Assembly (NCBI GenBank): GCA_963704725.1
Contig: OY969934.1
Coordinates: 2,145,040 to 2,209,039 of the forward strand
Origin: an uncultured Actinomycetes bacterium
GTDB taxonomy: Bacteria; Actinomycetota; UBA4738; HRBIN12
DNA length: 64,000 nucleotides
Direction of reading: 5' to 3'
The first letter of the stretch is position 1. Each line of letters opens with the position of its first letter. The notes beneath the pieces are model-generated. The model did not search any database. It was not told the DNA's origin and worked only from the letters and a program-made list of their open reading frames with translations. Positions 8,752-18,791 of the stretch are shown in pieces. The translations under genes were made by a program, and so were the position numbers.

Positions 8752-10686
8752 TCATGAGCCCTCCCCGAAACGGGACTGGGTGAGGCGCCGCGACCCGGCC
8801 TCCTCGGTGAGCGCGCCCACGAACGCGTCGAACGCCACGCCCTTGGTCTCGGTGCCGTCCCGATCGCGCACCGTGAGGACGCCCGATTCGACCTCGCGGT
8901 CGCCGATGACGAGCACGTAGGGAGCCTTCATGAGCTGGGCGGCCCGGACCTTCTTGCCCACGGTCTCGCCCGAGGCGTCCACCTCGGGCCTGAGCCCCGC
9001 AGCACGCAGCTTCGCCGCCAGCGCGTTCGCGTGGTCGAGGTGCCGGTCGGCCACCGGAACCAGCCGGACCTGCTCCGGCGCCAGCCACAGCGGGAACGCG
9101 CCGGCGTAGTGCTCGATCAGGACGCCGCTGAAGCGCTCGATCGAGCCGAGGATCGCGCGGTGGACCATCACCGGCCGGTGCCGCTGGTTGTCCTCGCCCA
9201 CGTACTCCATCTCGAAGCGCTCGGGCAGCCCGAAATCGCACTGGACCGTGGTGAGCTGCCACAGCCGGCCGATCGCGTCGCGGAAGTGGAAGTCGACCTT
9301 GGGCCCGTAGAACGACCCCTCGCCCTCGGCCACCTGAAACCCGAGGCCGCTCCGCTCCAAGGCGTTGCGGAGGGCGCCGGTCGCCCGCTCGGCCATCTCG
9401 GGCGTGACGATGGTCTCTCCCGGCAGCGTCGACAACGTGATGAGCGGCTCCGTGAACCCGAACGTGCCGAGGATCTCCAGCGTCAGGTCGAACACGGCCA
9501 GGATCTCGTCCACGAGCTGGTCCTCGCGGCAGATGATGTGCGAGTCGTCCTGGGTGAACCCGCGCGCCCGGAGCAGCCCGTGGACGACGCCGAGCCGTTC
9601 GTAGCGATAGACGGCGCCGAGCTCGGACAGGCGCATCGGCAGCTCGCGGTACGACCGGATCCGGGACTTGAACACGAGCACGTGGAACGGGCAGTTCATG
9701 GGCTTCACGAAGTACGCCGGGTCGCCCTCGTGCCGCATCTCGGGGAACATGAGCTCGGCGTACTTCGCGGTGTGCCCGGACGTGTCCCACAGCTCCCGCC
9801 GCGCAAGGTTGGGCGTCGCGACGAGGTCGTAGCCCCGCTCGAGGTGCAGGTTCCGCACGTAGTCCTCGAGCTGTTTGCGGAAGATCCCGCCGCGCGGGTG
9901 CCACACCGCCAGGCCCGGGCCGAGCTCCTCGGGGAACGAGAACAGGTCGAGCTCGCGACCGAGCCGCCGGTGGTCGCGACGCTCGGCCTCCTCGAGCCGG
10001 TGCAGGTGCGCCTCGAGATCGTCCTGCGTCGCCCAGGCGGTGCCGTAGACACGCTGGAGCATGGGGCGCCGCTCGTCCCCCCGCCAGTACGCGCCCGCCA
10101 GCTTCGTCAGGCGGAAGGCGCCGAGCCGCCCCGTCGACGGCACGTGCGGCCCAAGGCAGAGGTCGGCCCATCCGTCGTTGCGGTACACGCTCACCGTGTC
10201 GCCCGCCCCGACCTCCCCCGCCTCCAGGGACTCGATGATCTCCTTCTTGTACGGCTGATCGGCGAAGCGTTCGAGCGCCGCCGGGCGCGAGAGCTCCTCG
10301 CGCACGAAGGGCTGGTCCGCCGCGACGATCTCGCGCATGCGGTCCTCGATCTTGGCGAGGTCGGCCTCGGAGATCGGCCCATCCAACTCGAGGTCGTAGT
10401 AGAAGCCGTCCTGGACGGCAGGGCCGATCGCGTACCGGGCGCCGGGCCACAGGTCGCAGACGGCCTGGGCCATCACGTGGGCGGCGGAGTGCCGCAGCAC
10501 GTGGAGCCCGTCCGGGTCCGACGGCAGGACCGGCTCCGCGGTGCCGTCTCCGGCCGGCACGAACGACAGGTCGACCAGCTCGCCGTCCACCCGGGCGGCG
10601 ATCGCCCCCGGCGGCAGCACGGAGCCGATCGGCTCCCCCTCGGGGAGGTCCGTGGTCCGGCCGTCGGCGAGCTCGATCCTCGGCAT
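8752..10686 (-). CDS. thrS: Threonyl-tRNA synthetase
   Basis: Full-length class II aaRS with TGS, editing, catalytic and anticodon-binding domains. ATG at 10686 (MPRIELADG); the upstream in-frame extension is rejected. Confidence 0.95.
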   Translation of the reverse strand: MPRIELADGRTTDLPEGEPIGSVLPPGAIAARVDGELVDLSFVPAGDGTAEPVLPSDPDGLHVLRHSAAHVMAQAVCDLWPGARYAIGPAVQDGFYYDLELDGPISEADLAKIEDRMREIVAADQPFVREELSRPAALERFADQPYKKEIIESLEAGEVGAGDTVSVYRNDGWADLCLGPHVPSTGRLGAFRLTKLAGAYWRGDERRPMLQRVYGTAWATQDDLEAHLHRLEEAERRDHRRLGRELDLFSFPEELGPGLAVWHPRGGIFRKQLEDYVRNLHLERGYDLVATPNLARRELWDTSGHTAKYAELMFPEMRHEGDPAYFVKPMNCPFHVLVFKSRIRSYRELPMRLSELGAVYRYERLGVVHGLLRARGFTQDDSHIICREDQLVDEILAVFDLTLEILGTFGFTEPLITLSTLPGETIVTPEMAERATGALRNALERSGLGFQVAEGEGSFYGPKVDFHFRDAIGRLWQLTTVQCDFGLPERFEMEYVGEDNQRHRPVMVHRAILGSIERFSGVLIEHYAGAFPLWLAPEQVRLVPVADRHLDHANALAAKLRAAGLRPEVDASGETVGKKVRAAQLMKAPYVLVIGDREVESGVLTVRDRDGTETKGVAFDAFVGALTEEAGSRRLTQSRFGEGS

Positions 10687-10690
10687 CGGG

Positions 10691-13222
10691 CTACTCGTAC
10701 GCGATGGCCTCGAGGACGTTGAGCTTCGCGGCCCGCCGGGCCGGCAGGATCGCGAACAGCACCCCCAGGAGCGTGGCGAGCAGCACATAGACGACCAGCT
10801 GGCCGCCGGGGATGCCGAGCTCGGTGAATCCCTGGGGGGCGAGCGCCTGCTGCAGCGCCCACCCGAACAGGATCCCGATCACGACGCCGAACAGTGCGCC
10901 CATGACCGAGATGATGACGGCTTCCCACCGAACCATCGAACGGGCCTGTCGCCGGGTCAGCCCGACCGCCCGCAGGAGTCCGAGCTCGCGGGTGCGTTCG
11001 TGGATCGACAGGTACAGCGTGTTCATGACGCCGAACAGCGCGATGAACACCGCGAGGAACAGCAGGCCCGTGATGAGGTTCAGGACCTGGTTCACGAAGG
11101 TCGCGTACTTGTCGCGGAAGGCCGCCTGGTCCTGCACCTCGACGTTGGGGAACGGCGTGAGGGCGTCGTCGAGCCCGGACTGCATCGTCCCCAGGTCGGC
11201 CCCGTCCTGCGCCCTGACCAGCACGAAGATGTCGAGCTGCTGCTCGACGTTCGCGTCGAACGTGTCGAGCGACACCGAGTAGTCGCCGATCAGACCGTTC
11301 TCCGAGTAGACGGCGGCGATCTCCAGGTCGACGGTGCCCGTGGCCGGGAACCGCATCGAGACCGTGTCCCCCACCGACCACCCGTTGTCGTCGGCCCGGT
11401 CCTGGAAGACGGCGACCGTGCCGGGCCGTCCGAGGTCCGCGATCGACCCGTCGACGATGCCGGCCTCCGAGACGGCGGGGAACGTCGTCGGGTCAAGTCC
11501 CGTCAGGAACGACGTCCCGCCGTTCACCTTGACCTCCGCCTGGCGAAGCTCCGACACGGCCTCGACGCCGGGGACGGGGCGGGCCGAGTCCGCGGCCGCC
11601 GTGCTGAACCCGCTCAGGGTGGGCGACGTCAGGATGAAGTCCGCCTTCAGGGTGCGCTCCAGGGTGGTGTCGACGGACGCCTTGGCGGAGGCGCCGAAGA
11701 CGGCGACGAACACCACGAGCCCGAGGCCGATCATCAGCGCGGACGTGGTCGCGGCGGTCCGCCGGGGGTTGCGCATCGAGTTCTCGCGTCCCAGCCGTCC
11801 CGAGATGCCGGTGGCGCGGATCGGCATGCCCAGCGCGGCGGCGACCGGCCGCGCGATCAGCGGCGTCAGCATGGCCAGGCCGAGGAACGTGAACGCGACG
11901 CCGAGCCCCACGAGCTGCAATGCGTTGTCGGGCGTCCCGAACAACCCGTAGAGCAGGGGCCCCACGCCGAGCGCAAGAACGACCGCCCCGCTGATCAGCC
12001 GGAACCGGAGCGAGCGCCCCGGCCGGTCCTGTGCCTCGCGGAGCGCCTCGATCGGGGCGACGCGGGCGGCACGGCGGGCGGGAACGATCGCGGCGATCAT
12101 CGTGACGATCGTCCCCACGATGATCGACACGATGAACGTGCGCGCCAGGATCACCGTGCCGGATGCCGGGATGTCGAAACCGGTGGCGGAAAGGAGCCCC
12201 TTGAGCAGGATCGCGATGCCGATCCCGGCGAGGACGCCGACCGCCGAGGAGACGACGCCGACGATGAGCGCCTCGACGACCACCGAGGTCATCACCTGGC
12301 GACGGCTCGCCCCCAGGGCTCGGAACAACGCGAGCTCGCGCGTGCGCTGCGCCACGATGATCGTGAAGGTGTTGAAGATGATGAACGCCCCGACGAAGAG
12401 CGCGACGAACGCGAACACCAGGAACGCCGTCCGGAGGAACCCGAGCCCCTGGCTGATCTGGTCGTGCGCCTCCGCGACGACGGTGGCCGCGGGGACGGCC
12501 TCGACGCCGTCCGGAAGCACGCCGGCGATGCGATGGACGAGGTCGGCGCTGCCGACGCCCTCGTCCCCGACCACCGAAACCGAGTCGAGCTGGCCCTCCC
12601 GTCCCAGGACGAGCTGCGCGGTGGGCAGGTCGAAGAGCGCCCACGTCGCTCCGAGGAGGCTGTCGGAGCTACCGTAGCCCGCCAGTCCCACCACCTCGAA
12701 CTCGCCGGGCTCGCGGGCGAACACGATCTTCACCCGATCGCCCACCTTGATGTCGTGGTTCGATGCGGTGGCGGCATCGATCACCACCTGGTCGCTGCCC
12801 TGCGGGGGCGACCCCGCCCGCAGCGTGAACCCGTTGAGGTCGTTCCACGCCGACGCCGCCGTGGGGGGGCCGAACGTGCCGATGACCTTGCCGGTCGCCG
12901 GGTCGACGATCTGCGCGTACCCCAGGACGTCGCCGACCGCCTCCTTCACGCCGTCCACGCCCTGGATGTCGGTCAGCACCGACTCGGGCATGGGCTTGCG
13001 CTCCTCGATGGCGCTCGTCTGCGCGGTGAACGCGTTGGAGCTGCGCACCAGCACGTCGATGCTGGACGTCCCGGTGTCGACGAGCTGGTTGAACGCCGCC
13101 GTCATCGTGTCGGTGAGCACGTAGGTGCCCGCCATGAAGCTGACGCCGAGCAGGATCGCCAGGCCGGTCAGGATCAGGCGGATCTTCCTCGCCAGGACGC
13201 TGCGGAGCGCGGCGCGGAGCAT
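10691..13222 (-). CDS. ABC transporter permease with duplicated FtsX domains (MacB/YknZ-like), 843 aa
   Basis: Two FtsX-type 4-TM modules, each preceded by a large extracytoplasmic domain. Lies immediately downstream of the MacB-type ATPase. Confidence 0.85.
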   Translation of the reverse strand: MLRAALRSVLARKIRLILTGLAILLGVSFMAGTYVLTDTMTAAFNQLVDTGTSSIDVLVRSSNAFTAQTSAIEERKPMPESVLTDIQGVDGVKEAVGDVLGYAQIVDPATGKVIGTFGPPTAASAWNDLNGFTLRAGSPPQGSDQVVIDAATASNHDIKVGDRVKIVFAREPGEFEVVGLAGYGSSDSLLGATWALFDLPTAQLVLGREGQLDSVSVVGDEGVGSADLVHRIAGVLPDGVEAVPAATVVAEAHDQISQGLGFLRTAFLVFAFVALFVGAFIIFNTFTIIVAQRTRELALFRALGASRRQVMTSVVVEALIVGVVSSAVGVLAGIGIAILLKGLLSATGFDIPASGTVILARTFIVSIIVGTIVTMIAAIVPARRAARVAPIEALREAQDRPGRSLRFRLISGAVVLALGVGPLLYGLFGTPDNALQLVGLGVAFTFLGLAMLTPLIARPVAAALGMPIRATGISGRLGRENSMRNPRRTAATTSALMIGLGLVVFVAVFGASAKASVDTTLERTLKADFILTSPTLSGFSTAAADSARPVPGVEAVSELRQAEVKVNGGTSFLTGLDPTTFPAVSEAGIVDGSIADLGRPGTVAVFQDRADDNGWSVGDTVSMRFPATGTVDLEIAAVYSENGLIGDYSVSLDTFDANVEQQLDIFVLVRAQDGADLGTMQSGLDDALTPFPNVEVQDQAAFRDKYATFVNQVLNLITGLLFLAVFIALFGVMNTLYLSIHERTRELGLLRAVGLTRRQARSMVRWEAVIISVMGALFGVVIGILFGWALQQALAPQGFTELGIPGGQLVVYVLLATLLGVLFAILPARRAAKLNVLEAIAYE

Positions 13223-13984
<762 letters not shown>

Positions 13985-14054
13985 GATCGGAAGCTCCTTC
14001 GCGAACGCACCACTACGGGCGCCGCCACCCTATCGAACGCCCCGCCCCCGACCG

Positions 14055-14126
14055 TGGGCGCGGCAGGTTTTGAACCTGCGACCTCTTGCGTGTGAAGCAA
14101 GCGCTCTCCCACTGAGCTACGCGCCC
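14055..14126 (-). tRNA. tRNA-Val (anticodon CAC)
   Basis: Hand-folded cloverleaf on the minus strand: acceptor GGGCGCG/CGCGCCC, D-stem GCTC/GAGC, anticodon stem CTTGC/GCAAG with loop TTCACAC, T-arm GCAGG-TTCAAAA-CCTGC. CCA is not encoded. Confidence 0.85.
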
Positions 14127-14358
14127 GGGATCGCAAGGGTAGCATCCGAGGCCAACGGTTCCCGAGACGCGGCGTCCGCCGGCCGGCTCGAACCAGGGGG
14201 GATAAGGAGACGGCGGCGCGTGCCCGCGTCGCGCCGCCGTCCATTCGGCCGAGCCTTGCAGCCCGGACGTTCGGCCGAAGTGTGGCACCGGCACCACCCC
14301 GGCGCAACCCCTATTTCTCTTCGGCGCATACCCCGCCCGTTGGCTACCATCGGGAGCC

Positions 14359-15552
14359 ATGCTGCTCGCGGAGCTCGCCACCGGATCCGACTCCAAGGTC
14401 CTGCTCGTCGTGCTCGACGGTCTCGGCGGGATGGCCGACCGCGACCACGGCACGGAGCTCGAGGAGGCCGACACCCCCAACCTGGACCGGCTGGCCGCCG
14501 AGGGGGTCACGGGTCTGCTCGAGCCGGTCGGCCCAGGCATCACCCCGGGGTCGGGGCCCGGACACCTCGCCCTGTTCGGCTACGACCCGCTCGAGCAGCT
14601 CCTGGGCAGAGGCGCGCTGTCCGCCGCCGGACTCGACGTCGAGCTGCGGCCGGGCGACGTCGCGGCGCGGGGCAACCTGTGCACGATCGGGCCCGACGGC
14701 ACGGTGGCGGACCGGCGCGCCGGCCGCCCGCCGGACGAGGACGCCCGGCGGGTGGTCGACCGGCTGGCCTCGGAGGTGCACGTCGACGGCGTCGAGCTGC
14801 TGTTCCGCCACGAGCGCGGGCACCGGTTCCTGATCGTCTTCCGCGGCGAGGGGCTGGACCCGCGGGTGGCCGATACGGACCCGCAGCACACCGGCGTCTC
14901 CCCGCTTGCGCCGCGCCCGCTCGATGAGGCCGCCGCCCGGACGGCCGCCGTCGCGGACACGGTGATCGCCGAGGCCCGTCGAGTGCTGGGGGACGAGCCC
15001 GCCGCCAACGGGATCCTGCTCCGTGGGTTCGACGCCCAGCGCGAGCTCCCGGCGTTCACCGACCGAACGGGGATGCGCGCCGCCGCGATCGCCGTCTACC
15101 CCATGTACCGGGGCATCGCCAGGATCCTCGGCTTCGAGGTGCTCGGTCCGCCGGCCGACCTGGCGGAGGAGCTCACGCTCCTGGAGAAGCACTGGGGCGA
15201 CGCCGACTTCTTCTTCCTGCACCACAAGGACGCCGACGCGGCCGGCGAGGACGGCAACCGCGAGGCCAAGGTCGCCGCGATCGAGCGTCTGGACGCCGTG
15301 ATCCCGCAGCTCGTCGCGCTCCAGCCCGACGTCATCGCGGTCACGGGGGATCACGCCACCCCGTCGCAGATGGCGGCCCACTCCTGGCACCCGGTCCCCG
15401 TCCTCGTGCGCGGGGCCCTGTGCGGCACCGACGGCGTCGAGCGGTTCGGCGAGCGGTGGTGTCGCGAGGGCGGGCTCGGCCGGCGGCCTTCGCGCGAGCT
15501 GCTTCCGATCCTGATGGCCAACGCCGGACGCCTGGCCAAGTACGGGGCCTGA
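14359..15552 (+). CDS. apgM: 2,3-bisphosphoglycerate-independent phosphoglycerate mutase, archaeal-type (ApgM)
   Basis: 397 aa. Cofactor-independent PGM, alkaline-phosphatase superfamily motifs (VLLVVLDGLGG, TGDHATP). Confidence 0.85.
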   Translation: MLLAELATGSDSKVLLVVLDGLGGMADRDHGTELEEADTPNLDRLAAEGVTGLLEPVGPGITPGSGPGHLALFGYDPLEQLLGRGALSAAGLDVELRPGDVAARGNLCTIGPDGTVADRRAGRPPDEDARRVVDRLASEVHVDGVELLFRHERGHRFLIVFRGEGLDPRVADTDPQHTGVSPLAPRPLDEAAARTAAVADTVIAEARRVLGDEPAANGILLRGFDAQRELPAFTDRTGMRAAAIAVYPMYRGIARILGFEVLGPPADLAEELTLLEKHWGDADFFFLHHKDADAAGEDGNREAKVAAIERLDAVIPQLVALQPDVIAVTGDHATPSQMAAHSWHPVPVLVRGALCGTDGVERFGERWCREGGLGRRPSRELLPILMANAGRLAKYGA

Positions 15553-15556
15553 GGCG

Positions 15557-15850
15557 CTACCCGGGCCTGCGGCTCCTTCGCTCCGTCTTGGATCGCAGCC
15601 AGGCCCGGGTGACCTGGATGCCGCGGCGCTGGCGCTCGATCTCGATCCGCATCATGGCGCAGTCGACCTGCCGCTCGTCCGCCGCCCGCCGGATGTACGC
15701 CGTCAGGAGCTCCGCTCGCCGCGACCGCAGCGCCGCGGCGTCGACGTGTCCGACGAGGATGCGGGTCTCCCCCTCGGCGCCGCTCGGCTCGACCGTTGAG
15801 GTCCCGACCGTGGACAACCACGTCCCGAGCTCGTACGCCGCGCTACGCAT
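15557..15850 (-). CDS. Small hypothetical protein (97 aa), last gene of the STAS-CheB-CheR-kinase operon
   Basis: Strong GC3 bias; start overlaps the kinase stop by 8 nt; no recognisable domain. A hairpin sits at its 3' end. Confidence 0.35.
   Translation of the reverse strand: MRSAAYELGTWLSTVGTSTVEPSGAEGETRILVGHVDAAALRSRRAELLTAYIRRAADERQVDCAMMRIEIERQRRGIQVTRAWLRSKTERRSRRPG
15560..15609. terminator. Imperfect GC-rich inverted repeat between convergent apgM and the kinase-operon small ORF
   Basis: CCCGGGCCTG ... CAGGCCCGGG arms (10 bp, extendable with a bulge) starting 8 nt after the apgM stop. Could act as a bidirectional terminator. Confidence 0.35.
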
Positions 15851-16241
15851 CGGCGAACCTCAGCAGGAACCACACGACGGAGCCGTCGTCGCCCTCGTCG
15901 CCCACGCCCCAGGAGTCGGCCAGCCGATCGAGCAGGAACAGGCCCCACCCGGTCCCCGCCGAGGACCCGTGAGCGGACCCGGACACGTCGAATCCCCGGC
16001 CACGATCGGCGACCTCGATGTAGAGCTCGTGCGGGGCGGTGCGGATCAGCACCGTGATCGTCTCCTCGTCCGTGAGCCCGGCGTGCCGGATCGCGTTGGT
16101 CATCAGCTCCGACAGCAGCAGCCTGGCGTCGTCGAGCGTGGAGCGCGGGACCCGGTCCGAGAGACCGTCGAGGACCCGGCGACCCATGGCGGGCGCGGAG
16201 TGGTGCGGCCGGAAGGAGACCCGAGCCTCTTCCATCGCCAC
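15843..16241 (-). CDS. Anti-sigma regulatory factor-type serine protein kinase (RsbW/SpoIIAB-like, HATPase_c only)
   Basis: 132 aa. N-box ELMTNAIRHA, G1 DRGRGF, G2 GTGWGL. No HisKA domain. Confidence 0.8.
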   Translation of the reverse strand: MAMEEARVSFRPHHSAPAMGRRVLDGLSDRVPRSTLDDARLLLSELMTNAIRHAGLTDEETITVLIRTAPHELYIEVADRGRGFDVSGSAHGSSAGTGWGLFLLDRLADSWGVGDEGDDGSVVWFLLRFADA

Positions 16242-16292
16242 GGGCTCCTCGCCTCCCCTCGATCCCGGGGGCGACCCCTCTTCACTGTACTC

Positions 16293-18149
16293 CTACCCGT
16301 TCCCCCCAGGTGAAACGCCCCCGGCGTCGTCGCTCTCCATGAGCAGGATGACGCCGGCCCGCGCGCCGTCGTCGTCGAAGCGCGAACACGTGATGCGGCA
16401 CCGGATCCCGCGACCGCGGCGATTGGTGGCGTCGACGACGAGGGTGTCCCCTTGGGGATCGCCGGCCAGCACGCGGCGGATCTGCTTGCGCACCGGCTCG
16501 AGGGGCAGCCCGACGTCCAGGTTGAGGAACGGCTGCCCGCGGACCTCCTCGTAACGCAGGCCCCACAGGTCCTCGCTCGCGCGATTCCACATCCGGACGC
16601 GGAGGTCCGCGTCGAGCACGACGACGCCGGCTCGGACGCCGCCGAGGATCGAGGCCAGGAACCCGTTGAGGCCGGTCACCTCCCGCGACCGGTGGTCGAG
16701 CTCGAGGTTCACCGCCCGAAGCTCCTCGTTCGTGGACTGGAGCTCCTCGTTCACGGTCTGGAGCTCCTCGTTCGTGGACTGGAGCTCTTCGTTCGTCGTC
16801 TCCAGCTCCTCGTTGGTGGACTGGAGCTCTTCGTTCGTCGTCTCGAGCTCCTCGTTGGTGGACTGGAGCTCCTCCATCGCCGTCTCGAGCTCCTGGTTCG
16901 ACTCCTCGACATCGCGTTGGAGTTGCCGAGCCTCCGAGACGTCCACGAACGAGACCGCGATCCCCTGCTGGCCGCCCGGACCGTCGAGCGAGGCGACCTC
17001 GACGTCGAACGTCGACGGCGGCTCGCCCGGAGGCCCGAACCGCACGCCGAGGATCTTCACCGTCTCGCGGGTGCGGCTCGTCTCCTCGATCGGTCCGCGG
17101 AGATCCGCCGGCCGCTCGGAGACGTCGAGATCCTCAAGCGGTCTGCCCAGGTCGTCCTGGCGAAGCCCGAACAGGAGCGAGGCGCGTCGATTGGCCATGA
17201 GGAGGCGGCGCTCGGGGCTCACCAGGATCTGCGCCACGGCCGCCTCCTGGAACGCGATCCGGGACAGTCGGGGCGTCCCGTCCTGGGGCTCGTCCGGTCC
17301 CACCGCCCACGGCGGAGCCGGCTGCGCGTGCTCCCGACTCCCCTCCTTCGCGAACACGCGCCGCTTCACGTCGACCGGGACGAACGTCGGGATCCGCGTG
17401 AACAGCATCTCCGACTTGCCCAGCAGCAGCAGCCCGTCCGGGTTCAGGCTGAACCGGAAGCGGTCGAGCACGTGGGCCTGCGTCTCCGCGTTCAGATACA
17501 TGAGCGTGTTCCGGCAGGAGATGAGATCCGTCTTGCTGATCGGGGCGTCCTGCACCAGGTCGTGCCGGCCGAAGACGAGGGCATGGCGGAGGTCTCGCCG
17601 GAACTCGAATCCCTCCCGCGTGCGCTTGAAGAACCGCTCCACGCGCCCGGGCTCGACCGGCTCGACCGCCTTCGCCGAGTACGCGCCCTGCCGGGCCGCC
17701 GCGACCGCCTCGTCGTCGGCGTCCGTCGCGTAGATCTTCACCCGCGCCTGGAAGGCGTCGTCGCCCATCCGCTCGGCGAAGAGCATCGCGATCGAGTACG
17801 CCTCCTCGCCGCTCGCGCATCCGGCGCACCACACGCGGATCGGGGCGTCGTCCGTCGCACGGGCGATGCGGGGCACGACCTCCTCCGCCAGGTACTCCCA
17901 GACCTGCGGGTCGCGGAAGAACGACGTGACGTTGATGAGGATGAAGTTGAAGAGCTCGGTGAACTCCTCCTGGTGAACCTCGAGGTAGTCGACGTAGCTC
18001 GCGAACCCCTGCACGCCGAGGGCGTCCATGCGCCCGAGGACGCGCCGCATCAGGCTGGAGCGCTTGTAGCCCGTGAAGTCGAAGCCTCGCGAGGTCCGCA
18101 GGAACTCGAGCAGGTCCTCGAACGCCTCGTCCCGCTCGGGCTCCGCCAT
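16293..18149 (-). CDS. CheR-type protein-glutamate O-methyltransferase fused to PAS, heptad coiled-coil and PAS domains (618 aa)
   Basis: N-terminal CheR SAM-MTase domain (VWCAGCASGEEAYSIAML), then PAS, then the coiled coil NEELQSTNEELETTNEEL..., then a second PAS. ATG at 18149 overlaps the cheB stop as TGATG. Confidence 0.85.
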   Translation of the reverse strand: MAEPERDEAFEDLLEFLRTSRGFDFTGYKRSSLMRRVLGRMDALGVQGFASYVDYLEVHQEEFTELFNFILINVTSFFRDPQVWEYLAEEVVPRIARATDDAPIRVWCAGCASGEEAYSIAMLFAERMGDDAFQARVKIYATDADDEAVAAARQGAYSAKAVEPVEPGRVERFFKRTREGFEFRRDLRHALVFGRHDLVQDAPISKTDLISCRNTLMYLNAETQAHVLDRFRFSLNPDGLLLLGKSEMLFTRIPTFVPVDVKRRVFAKEGSREHAQPAPPWAVGPDEPQDGTPRLSRIAFQEAAVAQILVSPERRLLMANRRASLLFGLRQDDLGRPLEDLDVSERPADLRGPIEETSRTRETVKILGVRFGPPGEPPSTFDVEVASLDGPGGQQGIAVSFVDVSEARQLQRDVEESNQELETAMEELQSTNEELETTNEELQSTNEELETTNEELQSTNEELQTVNEELQSTNEELRAVNLELDHRSREVTGLNGFLASILGGVRAGVVVLDADLRVRMWNRASEDLWGLRYEEVRGQPFLNLDVGLPLEPVRKQIRRVLAGDPQGDTLVVDATNRRGRGIRCRITCSRFDDDGARAGVILLMESDDAGGVSPGGNG

Positions 18150-18727
18150 CAGCGCTTCGCCCCGACACAGAGATCGACGAGCCGGCCGCCGATCCGGTCG
18201 AGGGGGAGCACCAGGTCCACGACACCGGTGGCGACCGCCGCCCCGGGCATCCCCGGGAACTCCGCGTCCTGGTCTTGAGCGATCACCAGTCCCCCCGTCT
18301 GCTTGATCGCCGTGACGCCCAGCGAGCCGTCCACGCCCGTCCCGGACAGTACGACGGCGATCGCCCGCCCCCGGTACGCGGCGGCCACCGATTCGAAGAG
18401 CAGGTCCGCGGACGGGCGGACGAAATGGACGAGCTCGGTCTGCGTGAGCGAGATCGTCCCGTCGGCGTCCACGAGCAGGTGGTGGTCCGGAGGGGCGACG
18501 ACCACGCGGGAGGGACGTGCCGGCTCGCCGTCGACCGCCTCCACCACCTCGAGGGCGCACCGCCGGGCCAGCAGCGGAGCCATCAGGCTCGAGTGGTGCG
18601 GATCGAGATGCTGGACGACGAAGATCACCGCGGGGAAGCCGGCAGGGAGCGAGCTCAGCACCACGGTGAGGGCATGGAGACCTCCCGCGGAGGCCGCCAT
18701 GGCGATCGCGCGGTGCTCCTCGTTCAT
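18149..18727 (-). CDS. CheB-type protein-glutamate methylesterase, catalytic domain only (no receiver domain)
   Basis: 192 aa. Catalytic Ser in AASAGG, His in VVQHLDPHH, Asp in SGTGVDGS. Translationally coupled to the cheR-like gene. Confidence 0.85.
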   Translation of the reverse strand: MNEEHRAIAMAASAGGLHALTVVLSSLPAGFPAVIFVVQHLDPHHSSLMAPLLARRCALEVVEAVDGEPARPSRVVVAPPDHHLLVDADGTISLTQTELVHFVRPSADLLFESVAAAYRGRAIAVVLSGTGVDGSLGVTAIKQTGGLVIAQDQDAEFPGMPGAAVATGVVDLVLPLDRIGGRLVDLCVGAKR

Positions 18728-18791
18728 CTGCTCACCGGCCCCGGGCCGCCTCGCGAGGTCTCCTCCGCGCGAGCATCGCCCTGCCGGCAGC

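Noticed and set aside
14127-14358. Region upstream of apgM / downstream of tRNA-Val scanned for additional tRNA or ncRNA
   Set aside because: No cloverleaf or conserved riboswitch core found. It is likely a plain divergent promoter region.
16680-16900. Tandem repeats considered as a possible CRISPR array
   Set aside because: The repeats are 21-nt in-frame coding repeats with no spacers and no cas genes. They encode the coiled coil of the CheR-PAS protein.
16452-18278. 608-aa plus-strand ORF and the 355-aa Ser-rich ORF at 16666..17733
   Set aside because: Antisense or alternate frames of the CheR-PAS gene. The Ser/Trp repeat reflects the coiled-coil DNA repeat read out of frame.
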